NCBI GenBank assembly: GCA_965116495.1
Contig: OZ220696.1
Span: 2,528,001-2,592,000, forward strand
Reading direction: 5' to 3'
Length of the DNA: 64,000 nt
Source of the DNA: Gammaproteobacteria bacterium
GTDB taxonomy: Bacteria; Pseudomonadota; Gammaproteobacteria; Eutrophobiales; Eutrophobiaceae
The notes beneath the pieces were generated by a model, which worked only from the letters and a program-made list of their open reading frames with translations, ran no database searches and was not told the origin of the DNA. This document shows positions 28,161-36,663 of the stretch, piece after piece. Made by a program: the position numbers and the translations under genes. Within the stretch, counting starts at the first letter, position 1; each line of letters begins with the position of its first letter.

Positions 28161-29342
28161 GTGAATAAGCGAGGCATTGCCATCATCGGCGTGAGCGAGG
28201 TCCCGACCCGGCGCATGCCGGAACGCACACGCTGGGATATCCTGCTCGATGTCTGTATCGGCGCGGTGCGCGACGCGGGCATCGACAAGGACGATATCAA
28301 TGCGGTGATTTCCCCCAACCCCATGGCGCAACCGCAGATAGCCCTGGAAATGGCGCTGGGAAGAATCCCTGAAGTGCTGGGTTTGAACGGCTGCCGCGAT
28401 ATCTGCGTGACCAACGCCGGCGGCACGTCGACAACCAACTGTATCCGCATCGCCGAACAGCTGATCGATTCCGGCCAGGCCGATTTCGTGCTTATTCCCC
28501 ATACTACGGTCCAATCGGACATCCCTGTGCAAGACCTGATCAATTTCTTTGCCACGGCGCCGCTGGACAAGGAGTGGGAATATCCCTGGGGGGTGTCGTT
28601 CAACGGGTCCATGGGCCTGATTACCCAGCGCTACATGTACGAAACCGGGGCGACGGCGGAGGACATGGCGGCAGTGACCGTGGGTCTCAGGGCCTGGGCG
28701 GCGCTGGACCCCAATTCGATATTTTACGAAAAACCCGTGACCCTTGAAGACGTGCTCAATTCCCGCATGGTCAGCACGCCCCTGCATGCCCGGGAGTGCA
28801 ACCTGCTGGCGGACGGCGGCGGGGCGCTGGTATTGACGTCCCATGACATTGCGAAACAACTTGGCGGCAAGGCTACCTACAAGCTGGGTCATGGAACGCG
28901 CTTCATGAGCGCGACGCCGGTGCTGCGCAAGGACGTGTTCCATCGCCGGGCCTACGGTGAAACGAGCGGCGATGCCCTGGAGCAGGCAGGTTTATCGATC
29001 GGGGACATGGACCTGCGCCAGATCTACGGCGCCTATCCATACACGCAGTGTTCCGCCCTGGAAGCGTACGGAGTCTGCGCCATCGGCCAAGGGGCGAAAC
29101 TGTGGGCGGAGGGTCGCTGCAGTCCGGGCGGCGACCTGCCCTGCACCACCATGGGAGACGCCACCGGCCGCGGCCACGTAGGCTCAGGCGTGAGCATGGC
29201 CTTCTATATCGATACCGCCAGACAGTTGTTCGGTGAGGCAGGCGAACGCCAGGTCCCGGATTGCGCGCACGCCATCCTTACGACCTCGGGCGGTTCGGTT
29301 ATGAACGCCTGTACGACAGTATTCGGGAGGGAACCGCGATGA
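28161..29342 (+). CDS. Thiolase-fold protein, SCP-x/Ltp2-like, lacking the canonical nucleophilic Cys
   Basis: SRMVSTPLHARECNLLADGGGA, GDLPCTTMG, RQLFGEAGERQV; GGTS at the usual CAS position. Confidence 0.8.
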   Translation: MNKRGIAIIGVSEVPTRRMPERTRWDILLDVCIGAVRDAGIDKDDINAVISPNPMAQPQIALEMALGRIPEVLGLNGCRDICVTNAGGTSTTNCIRIAEQLIDSGQADFVLIPHTTVQSDIPVQDLINFFATAPLDKEWEYPWGVSFNGSMGLITQRYMYETGATAEDMAAVTVGLRAWAALDPNSIFYEKPVTLEDVLNSRMVSTPLHARECNLLADGGGALVLTSHDIAKQLGGKATYKLGHGTRFMSATPVLRKDVFHRRAYGETSGDALEQAGLSIGDMDLRQIYGAYPYTQCSALEAYGVCAIGQGAKLWAEGRCSPGGDLPCTTMGDATGRGHVGSGVSMAFYIDTARQLFGEAGERQVPDCAHAILTTSGGSVMNACTTVFGREPR

Positions 29343-29752
29343 GTGAAAGACAACGACCCCTGCCGGAGATACAGTCTTTTTCCAGGCCGTTCTGGGACGG
29401 GACCCGCGCCCACAAACTGCTGATCCAGCATTGCTGCGACTGTGACGCCCTGATCTTCTACCCGCGCCGGGAATGTCCCGAATGCTGGTCCACCAACCTG
29501 GACTGGAAGGAAAGCAGCGGCAAGGCAACCCTGTACTCTTATTCCATAACCTACGAAGGCGTGGAAGAGAAGTTTGCCGACGACCTGCCGATTATCCTGG
29601 CCTGGGTGGATCTGGCGGAAGGGGTCAGGATAACGACCAATATTATCGATTGCGACCCCGGTGATGTTTATATAGGCATGGAACTTGAGGTCGCGTATCG
29701 CGCGCTGACCGACGAAGTGACCCTGCCGTTCTTTAGACCTGTTAAATCATGA
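29339..29752 (+). CDS. DUF35 Zn-ribbon/OB-fold protein
   Basis: RPFWDG, CCDC...YPRRECPEC, VDLAEGVRI, LPFFRP; ATGA overlap with the thiolase-like gene. Confidence 0.88.
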   Translation: MSERQRPLPEIQSFSRPFWDGTRAHKLLIQHCCDCDALIFYPRRECPECWSTNLDWKESSGKATLYSYSITYEGVEEKFADDLPIILAWVDLAEGVRITTNIIDCDPGDVYIGMELEVAYRALTDEVTLPFFRPVKS

Positions 29753-29812
29753 ACAGCCTCCATGTCTGAACTTGCCGGCAGGTTAAAACAGGAAGCCTGC
29801 TGTTTTCCTGTT

Positions 29813-29865
29813 GGGGAACAGACCCCCGCTTACAACATGCGGGGGCATGCTTGAAATCTGTCCCC
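29813..29865. repeat. Family B element with nested GC hairpin
   Basis: GGGGAACAGA...AAATCTGTCCCC enclosing CCCCCGC-N9-GCGGGGG. Confidence 0.6.
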
Positions 29866-30435
29866 GAAAAGTCAGAGCATAGCAGACCAGGTTGGGGCAA
29901 ATGGGGAACCTGGGAGGAGACTGAATCGTTCTTGGGCAAGGTCATCGGCGTCGCAGAGGGCGCGGACGCCGTGGAACAGGGCACCATCAGGCGCTGGATG
30001 GAATCCAAGGAGTTCGACTGCCCCATCCACCTTGACGATGCGGCCGCCCGGGCGGCGGGCTACAATGGCATAATTGCGCCGGACAGCATGATCTTCACCT
30101 ACGGCCTCCCTGCCTACTGGCAGAGTGGCGACCCCCATGAAAAGCCCGGCGCCGAGCCCAAACAAATTCCCATCCCGGTCATTTTCGATGTGCCGGCGCC
30201 CTGCAACCTGAGTTTCGCCTCCAATATCGACGTGGAATATTTCGCGCCCATGTACCTGGGTGACCGGATTACCCGCACCAGCCGCCTGGTGAGCATAAAT
30301 CGCAAGACCCTGCGGGTCGGCAACGGCGCCTTTCTGCGCCAGGAAGACACCTACACCAACCAGCATGACGAGGTGGTTGCCATCGTCAACCTGGATATAT
30401 TCAGGTTCGTTGCGCCGGACGGCAAGGAAGACTGA
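29851..30435 (+). CDS. MaoC/FAS1-like dehydratase N-terminal-type subunit
   Basis: VEQGTIRRW, PIHLDDAAARAAGYNGIIAP, EYFAPMYLGD, YTNQHDEVVA; start uncertain (TTG inside a repeat). Confidence 0.8.
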   Translation: MKSVPEKSEHSRPGWGKWGTWEETESFLGKVIGVAEGADAVEQGTIRRWMESKEFDCPIHLDDAAARAAGYNGIIAPDSMIFTYGLPAYWQSGDPHEKPGAEPKQIPIPVIFDVPAPCNLSFASNIDVEYFAPMYLGDRITRTSRLVSINRKTLRVGNGAFLRQEDTYTNQHDEVVAIVNLDIFRFVAPDGKED

Positions 30436-30436
30436 A

Positions 30437-30868
30437 ATGGTCGACTGGTCCAGGCAGATAACCCTTGACGATGTAGCCGTAGGCGCGGAGATTCCGGAAA
30501 CCTCCATGCCCATCACCCTGCAGCGCCTGGTGATGGAAGCCGGCTCCAACCGCGACCTGTCGCTCATCCACCATGACAAGGAAGTAGCGCAATCAACCGG
30601 CGCTTCCGACGCTTACATGAATACGTTTTTTATCCTGGGCCTGTTCGAAAGAATGCTGCGGGAGTGGATGGGGACGGGAGGCAGGCTGAAAAAGATCGGC
30701 TCCCTGCAGATGAAGTCCTTCAACGTCGTCGGCGACGTCGTCTATTGCAGGGGCAAGGTAACCGGCAAGCAGGATGACGGGACGGTGAACCTTGATATCC
30801 GGATGGAGAATGAGGAAAGGGTTACTGTGACCGCGGTCACTGTGGTAAACCTGCCATTGGAAGCGTAA
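30437..30868 (+). CDS. MaoC-family dehydratase subunit
   Basis: AGSNRDLSLIHHD hydratase motif, GKVTGK. Confidence 0.82.
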   Translation: MVDWSRQITLDDVAVGAEIPETSMPITLQRLVMEAGSNRDLSLIHHDKEVAQSTGASDAYMNTFFILGLFERMLREWMGTGGRLKKIGSLQMKSFNVVGDVVYCRGKVTGKQDDGTVNLDIRMENEERVTVTAVTVVNLPLEA

Positions 30869-30871
30869 TAA

Positions 30872-30900
30872 CGTCATTCCTGCGAATGCAGGAATTCAGT
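30872..30900 (+). repeat. REP-like palindrome, family A
   Basis: CGTCATTCCTGCGAATGCAGGAATTCAGT; left edge of the TA islet. Confidence 0.8.
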
Positions 30901-30944
30901 CAAAAATTATCTTCATCTCATTTCACATTGGAAAATACTGACAT

Positions 30945-30973
30945 TTGACTATCGAACATTTTTGTTCGATACT
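30945..30973 (+). promoter_or_regulatory. hicAB promoter with palindromic operator
   Basis: TTGACT-N17-GATACT overlapping the inverted repeat TATCGAACA-N4-TGTTCGATA. Confidence 0.7.
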
Positions 30974-30980
30974 GGCAACT

Positions 30981-31193
30981 ATGAAGGGAAGCGAATTTAT
31001 TAACCGGGTGAAAAAACTGGCTAAGGCTAAGGGTTTTCCGTTTGAGGTAAGTAGAGAACGTGGAAAGGGCAGTCACATAACCCTGTATTATGCTGACCGA
31101 TATACAATTCTGAGAAATCCGAAAGATGAATTGAAAACAGGCACTTACCATGCCATGTTGAAACAACTGGGGATTGACAAATCGGAGATATAG
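30981..31193 (+). CDS. hicA: HicA family toxin
   Basis: 70 aa basic protein, RGKGSH, ELKTGTYHAMLKQLGI. Confidence 0.9.
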   Translation: MKGSEFINRVKKLAKAKGFPFEVSRERGKGSHITLYYADRYTILRNPKDELKTGTYHAMLKQLGIDKSEI

Positions 31194-31196
31194 ACC

Positions 31197-31622
31197 ATGA
31201 AATACACTTATCCTGTCATTCTCACTGAAGACAAAGATGATGGCGGATACATCGTTACTTGCCGTGACCTCCCGGAAGTGATTACCCAGGGCGATACGGT
31301 TGCAGAAGCACTTGCTGCGGCGGCCGATGCGCTGGATGAAGCCTTTTGCGGCCACATCAATCACGGCAGAGATATTCCTGAACCTTCGGCTGAACAGGCC
31401 GGAGAACGGTTGGTTCCGGTACCGGTGATCACTGCCTTGAAAGCAGCGGCTTACACCAAATTTCGCGAATCCGGCCAGACCAAGGTGGCGATTGCCGAAG
31501 TCCTGGACATCAAAGAAAGCGAAGTACGCCGCATTCTTGACCCGCGCCATGGCACCAAGGCCGCTACCCTGGAATGGTTTATCCGTTCGTTAGGGGGCGA
31601 CGTGCTAGTTAGTATGAGTTAG
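31197..31622 (+). CDS. hicB: HicB family antitoxin with C-terminal HTH
   Basis: YPVIL..DDGGYIVTCRDLPEVITQGDT..EAL, RRILDPRHGTK. Confidence 0.9.
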   Translation: MKYTYPVILTEDKDDGGYIVTCRDLPEVITQGDTVAEALAAAADALDEAFCGHINHGRDIPEPSAEQAGERLVPVPVITALKAAAYTKFRESGQTKVAIAEVLDIKESEVRRILDPRHGTKAATLEWFIRSLGGDVLVSMS

Positions 31623-31663
31623 TCAATCCCGGTTCAAGTAAACAAAATGAACGGCAACCTGGT

Positions 31664-32643
31664 ATGAATGACCCTGACGCGCATATCCGGTCGGCTGCGA
31701 TTTCCGCCATGGAAAAACTGGTGCGCTACCAGCCGGACGGATTGGTCTCTTGGGATGCAATCCACCGGGGATTTCAGGTCGGTTCCGAACATATTCACTT
31801 CGCCAACCGCGCTCGAGGCATCTTCAAACCCAGGCAGATGAGCGCGGCGCTTAGCATCAAAACGGTGGTTCCTCGCGCCGGACGTCCCACGTGGTACAGC
31901 GACCAGGGATTAGCTTCATCAAAGCTTGATGCCCTGACAGGTTTGTGGCATTACGATTTGGCGCGCGGGGGACTGGACGATCACACCAACCGGGCATTGC
32001 AAACGGCCATGTATCGTAGCGCGCCACTGATCTATTTCATCGGAGTGCAGGAAAAAACATACCAGCCTGTATTCCCGGTGTGGGTAGAAGAGTTTGACCC
32101 GGAGGCGGGACACGTACTGCTGGCAGCCGCCGATATCGGGGACAACCGCCTGAGTTCGGTCGCGGTGGCACGCAATAACCTGCCCCTGTCTGTCGAAACA
32201 TCCTGGACTTTGCGAACTGCGCGGGCGAGAAACCACCAGGCCTGGTTCAGCACCCGGACAAAAGCGGCTTACCGATGGCGCTGCGCCTTCAGTGGGTTGC
32301 CGGTACGTCAACTGCTTGTCGGCGCGCACATCGTTCCCGATGCCGAAGGCGGCCCGCATCAGTCCGCAACGGCATTTGCATGACGACGCTGCATCACACG
32401 GCGTTCGATTCGAACCTCATCGGCGTAGCTCCCGACTTTCGTATTCACGTCTCTCCGTCACTACGCGACCAAAAAGACGGTACGCTGCTGGCAAATCTTA
32501 AAAATCTGGAAGGACAGCGGCTTCGGCTTCCTGGTAATCCTATGGATAAGCCGGACTCCAACCTGTTGGAAAAGCGCTTCAAGAAATTTGAGATAAGTAT
32601 AAGGTATCAGTCATTACTGACGCTGAACGAACCAAGTAATTGA
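31664..32643 (+). pseudogene. HNH restriction-endonuclease-like gene split by a 1-nt frameshift near 32355
   Basis: Frame 1 ends AYRWRCAFSG...GAHIVPDAEGGP; frame 2 continues ASVRNGICMTTLHHTAFDSNLIGV. Confidence 0.82.
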
Positions 32644-32771
32644 TGTTAGGCTCCTACTAGTGGTGATATTGGAAATATCATCCTGTCTCCTTGAAGATCA
32701 GAGCTATCATCGCGCCGTCAAATTCGTTGGGTAACCCGACTTCTCCGGGTTGAGGAAACAGGGGGGGTAAT

Positions 32772-32847
32772 GGGGTCAGTATAAATAAAGCCCTGCTTAC
32801 TATTTGATGAAATGCAATGAATTTCACTGAAATTATATTGGTCCGAC
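32772..32847. repeat. Degenerate family B element
   Basis: GGGGTCAGTATAAATAA...TTATATTGGTCCGACCC, imperfect arms between convergent genes. Confidence 0.45.
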
Positions 32848-32872
32848 CCACCAGAACGTCTCAGTCATTCTC

Positions 32873-33223
32873 CTACCATTCAAACCCAAGCACAATCCTG
32901 AGGTACTCCTCGACCTCTGCCAGTTCCTGTCTGGTCAATATTGTCAGTACCTCGTTGGAAATACGCCTGTTGTCGATGGTTCTTACTTGATCGAGCATGA
33001 CCTCGGAATCTGACCGCAGTCCATCCCTGGTGCTGATCCGAAAACGCAACGGGGCCGTATTGTCGATCAACCTGCTGGTGAGCGGTATGACCGTTGTGCT
33101 TGTGTGGAGGGCGTCATTCAGATGATTGCTCTGGATGATCAGGCATGGCCTTATCTTGCCGGGTTCTATACCCTTCGAAGGATTAAAATTTGCAAGACGT
33201 ATTTCGCCGCGTCTATAGGCCAT
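32873..33223 (-). CDS. mazF: PemK/MazF family toxin
   Basis: RRGEIRLANFNPSKGIEPGKIRPCLIIQ, VIPLTS, DQVRTIDNRR. Confidence 0.9.
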   Translation of the reverse strand: MAYRRGEIRLANFNPSKGIEPGKIRPCLIIQSNHLNDALHTSTTVIPLTSRLIDNTAPLRFRISTRDGLRSDSEVMLDQVRTIDNRRISNEVLTILTRQELAEVEEYLRIVLGFEW

Positions 33224-33446
33224 CGGCGTCGACTGCGTCCAATTCGGAAACGTACTGCAGGGCTTCCTCACGAACTTTCAGTGACGCCTCCCGAATCTGG
33301 CGTCCCAGAGAGACTCGCTCCAGGTGAATTTTGTAGTTCAATACTGCGGCGCGCATGACCCCGCTCTTCGTTGTGTTCAGATTTCTTGCAAGTCCTGTCA
33401 GCAGGGCGTCAAACGTATCATCGGCTTTAAGGGTAATAGTCTTCAT
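33213..33446 (-). CDS. Ribbon-helix-helix antitoxin
   Basis: MKTITLK...TKSGVMRAAV, C-terminal DADGL, overlaps the toxin start. Confidence 0.82.
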   Translation of the reverse strand: MKTITLKADDTFDALLTGLARNLNTTKSGVMRAAVLNYKIHLERVSLGRQIREASLKVREEALQYVSELDAVDADGL

Positions 33447-33511
33447 TGCTGTGTTTGGTATTACTGATTTAAGTAATTATAGCGGGAAGAGGGACGGATT
33501 TCAAATCTATA
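33411..33511. repeat. 101-bp direct repeat, copy 1 (antitoxin 5' end, promoter and family B half-site)
   Basis: Aligns without gaps to 35259-35359 with about 12 mismatches. Confidence 0.9.
33476..33504 (-). promoter_or_regulatory. Sigma70 promoter of the antitoxin-mazF operon
   Basis: Minus strand TTGAAA-N17-TATAAT; the -35 lies within the AGATTTGAAATCCGTCCC half-site. Confidence 0.75.
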
Positions 33512-33641
33512 TCTGGACGGCATCCAGTTGATTAAGGTCGGGAGGGAAAGCAGGCAAGAAGGGGCAATCCTACCAAGAGGAAAAGGAATTAGTCATAGTG
33601 TGCGACCAGCAGATTTTCTGATCTCCTGTAAATTCCTTAAC

Positions 33642-34223
33642 TTAATCTATTGGTAGCGCCATTTCGTTTCGAACTCTATCATAGAGTTCTAACATTATTT
33701 CCTTGTATTTTTTAGAATTCGATTCTTCTATTTCAGAAATTTTCTCAAGCATATTTGCAATCGCGTACGATACTGTTATAAAGATATCCCTAGAGCATAA
33801 TACCAACGGTTCTTGTTCCTCAATCTGGCGTGAGTATTTCCTGCAAAATTGTAGCCTACCATCAGCGTTTGTAATAAAAATCGGAACCTCCATGCTAGGT
33901 AGACCACCAAAATGCAAAAGTGAATTTCTTACTTTATATAATAGTTCACCATTTAGGCCGTAGAACTCATCTCGATGACTTACAAAAAATTTATTTGTTT
34001 CGCTAAAAATAAATTCATCTGACCATTTGTTAAATCTTTCTCGTTGATTTGCATTATTTTCAATTACTAAATCCCAGACCTGAGAAAATATATCAACATA
34101 AACCATAAGTAACATAATCTTGAATTTCGCTTGTAAAGGAGATGTGCCGATATATTCAACCTCATTTCCTAAATGCATCATCCAGCGCAGTACAAATTGC
34201 TCTTCTTTCGTTGTCATTTTCAC
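33642..34223 (-). CDS. Hypothetical AT-rich protein with HEPN-like RxxxxH motif
   Basis: 193 aa, helical-looking, YKVRNSLLHFG. Confidence 0.6.
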   Translation of the reverse strand: MKMTTKEEQFVLRWMMHLGNEVEYIGTSPLQAKFKIMLLMVYVDIFSQVWDLVIENNANQRERFNKWSDEFIFSETNKFFVSHRDEFYGLNGELLYKVRNSLLHFGGLPSMEVPIFITNADGRLQFCRKYSRQIEEQEPLVLCSRDIFITVSYAIANMLEKISEIEESNSKKYKEIMLELYDRVRNEMALPID

Positions 34224-34386
34224 TCTTATTTTGTGATGCTATCTCGCTTTTTTGACAAGCCTACATATTGTAGATGAACCCCTCCCAGTAACCTGATCTA
34301 CCTGCGGTTAAGGCCAAAGCTTAACTGATTTGCCAAATTCATCTATCTACCAATCGTCCGAACCGATAATAGACTGAACACAGTCT

Positions 34387-34650
34387 TCAGGGTATATCCT
34401 GGCCTTTCAGAGCAGGAGATTTCCAGATATCCTCGGAAAATGGTTCTCCGGCAAGACTGTCGAGCCAGGCAATGCCTTCAAAACATACATCGTCATACCG
34501 AGGGTTTTTTATCGGATTAATCAGATTACGAGCTTTCCGTTGCCTGTTTTTATAATTTGCTCGCAAATCACGCACCTGTCTTCCAAACTCCTGCTTTTTC
34601 CTCTCCGATAAGTGATCTATGTTCATGGCATTATGCATATAAAATTTCAC
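34387..34650 (-). CDS. Hypothetical protein or gene fragment
   Basis: 87 aa ORF directly after yafQ on the same strand; no recognised motif. Confidence 0.3.
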   Translation of the reverse strand: MKFYMHNAMNIDHLSERKKQEFGRQVRDLRANYKNRQRKARNLINPIKNPRYDDVCFEGIAWLDSLAGEPFSEDIWKSPALKGQDIP

Positions 34651-34659
34651 ATCATGCGT

Positions 34660-34926
34660 TCAGTCGAACAAGTCGGAGTGTGTTCCATTGCGTACCAGAA
34701 TGAGAGCATCTTGTCTCTGGTCCCAAATTAATAACCAGTCCGGTTCTACATGACATTCCCAATAAGAAGACCACTTGCCTGATAGCCGATGAGGTCTGTT
34801 TACTGGATCAAGGGGTTGCTGTGACAGTAGCCGTTCAACAATACGCCAAAGCTTGTCGAGATCCTTACCGCGTCTCCTTGAGCGCTTGAGATCCTTTTCA
34901 AATCGCTTCGTAGTAAGCAGTCGCAC
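34660..34926 (-). CDS. yafQ: YafQ family toxin
   Basis: TKRFEKDLKR, HRLSGKW, ECHVEPDWLLIW, RNGTHSDLF. Confidence 0.92.
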   Translation of the reverse strand: MRLLTTKRFEKDLKRSRRRGKDLDKLWRIVERLLSQQPLDPVNRPHRLSGKWSSYWECHVEPDWLLIWDQRQDALILVRNGTHSDLFD

Positions 34927-34929
34927 GTA

Positions 34930-35187
34930 TTACCTGTGTCTGGCCTTGAGACTCTCCAAATCGGCGTATTCAGTGAGACCTGCTCCGGATTGCGCTTGGT
35001 GGAGCGCTTTGATGGTCTCGGCATTGGGAACCTTCACAGCAAAGGGTAACCCTTTATGCAGGGTGACCTGCGTGTAAAACAACGTAATCGCCTCGGTTGG
35101 CGACAGGCCGAGCTTCGATAAAACATCTTCGGCCTGGTGTTTCAATTCCGGCTCAACGCGAGCGCGGATCATTTCAGTCTTTGCCAT
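34930..35187 (-). CDS. dinJ: DinJ/RelB family antitoxin
   Basis: IRARVEPELK.QAE.VL..LGLS..EAI.LF...GLPFAVKVPNAET. Confidence 0.92.
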   Translation of the reverse strand: MAKTEMIRARVEPELKHQAEDVLSKLGLSPTEAITLFYTQVTLHKGLPFAVKVPNAETIKALHQAQSGAGLTEYADLESLKARHR

Positions 35188-35213
35188 GGACACCTCAGTT
35201 GTAGTTCTCGGAT

Positions 35214-35241
35214 AATGTACCACAAATGGGATACAAGTCAA
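35214..35241 (-). promoter_or_regulatory. dinJ-yafQ promoter/operator
   Basis: Minus strand TTGACT-N16-TACATT with an imperfect TGTA...TACA inverted repeat. Confidence 0.55.
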
Positions 35242-35258
35242 CATACATAACCCTGCAT

Positions 35259-35359
35259 AAACGTGTCATCGGCTTTAAGAATAATGGTCTTCATCGCTGT
35301 ATCTGGTATTACTGATTTAAGTAGTTATAGCGGGGAGGAGGACAGATTTCAAATCTATA
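35259..35359. repeat. 101-bp direct repeat, copy 2, with a 12-codon antitoxin remnant
   Basis: Minus strand TTGAAA-N17-TATAAC, then MKTIILKADDTF, then unrelated sequence and a stop. Confidence 0.9.
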
Positions 35360-35394
35360 AGCCAATTGATTAAGCTATCGCGACGGTTTGTTCT

Positions 35395-35424
35395 ACTGGA
35401 TACCGGGTCAAGCCCGGTACGACG
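35395..35424 (-). repeat. REP-like palindrome, family A variant
   Basis: Minus strand CGTCGTACCGGGCTTGACCCGGTATCCAGT; right edge of the TA islet. Confidence 0.75.
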
Positions 35425-35467
35425 AATGGGTTAGAGGTAAGACTTGAAGTCCGTCCACGGCCGCGCT

Positions 35468-36646
35468 CTAATCCTTAACCAATTCGCTGCCGATGATCAA
35501 TTGCCGGATCTGCACCGTGCCGCCGCCGATTTCCAGGAGTTTGCCGCAGCGGTAAAGTTGGTTAATCTCCGCCTCGCGCATGAAGCCCATGCCGCCGTGT
35601 ACCTGTACGCCGTTGTCCAGTACGCGCATGCAGGCGCGCGCCGTTTGCAGGAACACCGCGGCGCAGCGTTTCTGCAGTTCGCCCTGGCTCAAACCTTCTT
35701 TATCCTCTGCAAATAGTTGCTGCGCGGTCTGGTAGGTAAACGCTCGCATGGTTTCCACGTCGGTGTACATATCGGCCAGCATGGCCTGCACCAATTGGAA
35801 ATTGCCGATGGGCCGGCCGAACTGCTCACGGGTTCGGGCATATTCAATGGATATGTCCAATGCCCGCTGCGCCACCCCCAGGTTGTAGAACCCAAGTACC
35901 AGGCGCTCGACGTTCAGGCCGCTCATCATGACTGCAACTCCCTTGTTCTCGCCGCCCATGAGGTTGTCTGCCGGCACCTCGCAATCGGTGAAAATCAGTT
36001 CGCCGGTGGGACTGCCGCGCCAACCCATCTTGTCCAGCTTCTGCGCGCTGCTGAAACCGGGAAACTCTCTCTCGACGATGAAGGCGGAGATGCCGTGATG
36101 CCCCTGTTCCGGGTCCGTCCTGGCATAGACCACCGCGATATCGGCCACCGGCGCGTTGGAGATGAACATCTTGCGGCCGTTGAGAATAAACTTATCGCCC
36201 TGCCTGACTGCCGCCGACTTCATGCTGCCCAGAGCATCCGACCCGGCGCCGGGTTCGGTCATGCCCATGGCGCCGATCGCGCTTCCATCACAGAAGCGCG
36301 GCAGGTATGTCCGTTTCTGTCCGGCGCTGCCGTTGCGCACGATATTGTGGACGCAGATATTCTCGCTGGAGAGCCAGGCCGCGCAGAATGAGTGGCTCCA
36401 GTAGGCCATGGCTTCGGCGGCGACGCACTGCGCCAGGAAATCCAGTCCCTGCCCGCCGAATTCTTCCGGGACCGTCAGCCCGAGCAACCCGACGTCGGCA
36501 AGCGAGCGGAAACGTTCTTCGGGGAACCAGTCGTCCCGGTCCATCCTGTCGTTCAGCGGGTGCAGTTCCTCCCTGCTGAAGCGATACACCGCATCGTAGA
36601 CCTGCTGGTATTCGTCCGCGAAGCCGTATGAGGAGAGCTTGATCAT
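35468..36646 (-). CDS. Acyl-CoA dehydrogenase, isovaleryl-CoA dehydrogenase-like
   Basis: MTEPGAGSD, KLDKMGWRGSPTGEL, MMSGLNVERL, LLEIGGGT (IVD-type catalytic Glu position). Confidence 0.9.
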   Translation of the reverse strand: MIKLSSYGFADEYQQVYDAVYRFSREELHPLNDRMDRDDWFPEERFRSLADVGLLGLTVPEEFGGQGLDFLAQCVAAEAMAYWSHSFCAAWLSSENICVHNIVRNGSAGQKRTYLPRFCDGSAIGAMGMTEPGAGSDALGSMKSAAVRQGDKFILNGRKMFISNAPVADIAVVYARTDPEQGHHGISAFIVEREFPGFSSAQKLDKMGWRGSPTGELIFTDCEVPADNLMGGENKGVAVMMSGLNVERLVLGFYNLGVAQRALDISIEYARTREQFGRPIGNFQLVQAMLADMYTDVETMRAFTYQTAQQLFAEDKEGLSQGELQKRCAAVFLQTARACMRVLDNGVQVHGGMGFMREAEINQLYRCGKLLEIGGGTVQIRQLIIGSELVKD

Positions 36647-36663
36647 AACCCGTTGCCTTCAAT

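Noticed and set aside
27615-28943. 442-aa minus-strand ORF
   Set aside because: Antisense shadow of the ACAD and thiolase-like genes in GC-rich DNA; no motifs.
26978-30868. Calling this a steroid side-chain degradation operon
   Set aside because: The architecture is similar, but no steroid ring-degradation genes are recognisable and the Ltp2 catalytic motifs are not matched.
30918-31550. 210-aa minus-strand ORF
   Set aside because: Antisense to the well-supported hicAB genes.
32620-32655. GTTAGGC after the HNH gene as an integron attC core site
   Set aside because: No matching RYYYAAC inverse core or attC-like hairpin, no repetition after other islet genes, and no integrase.
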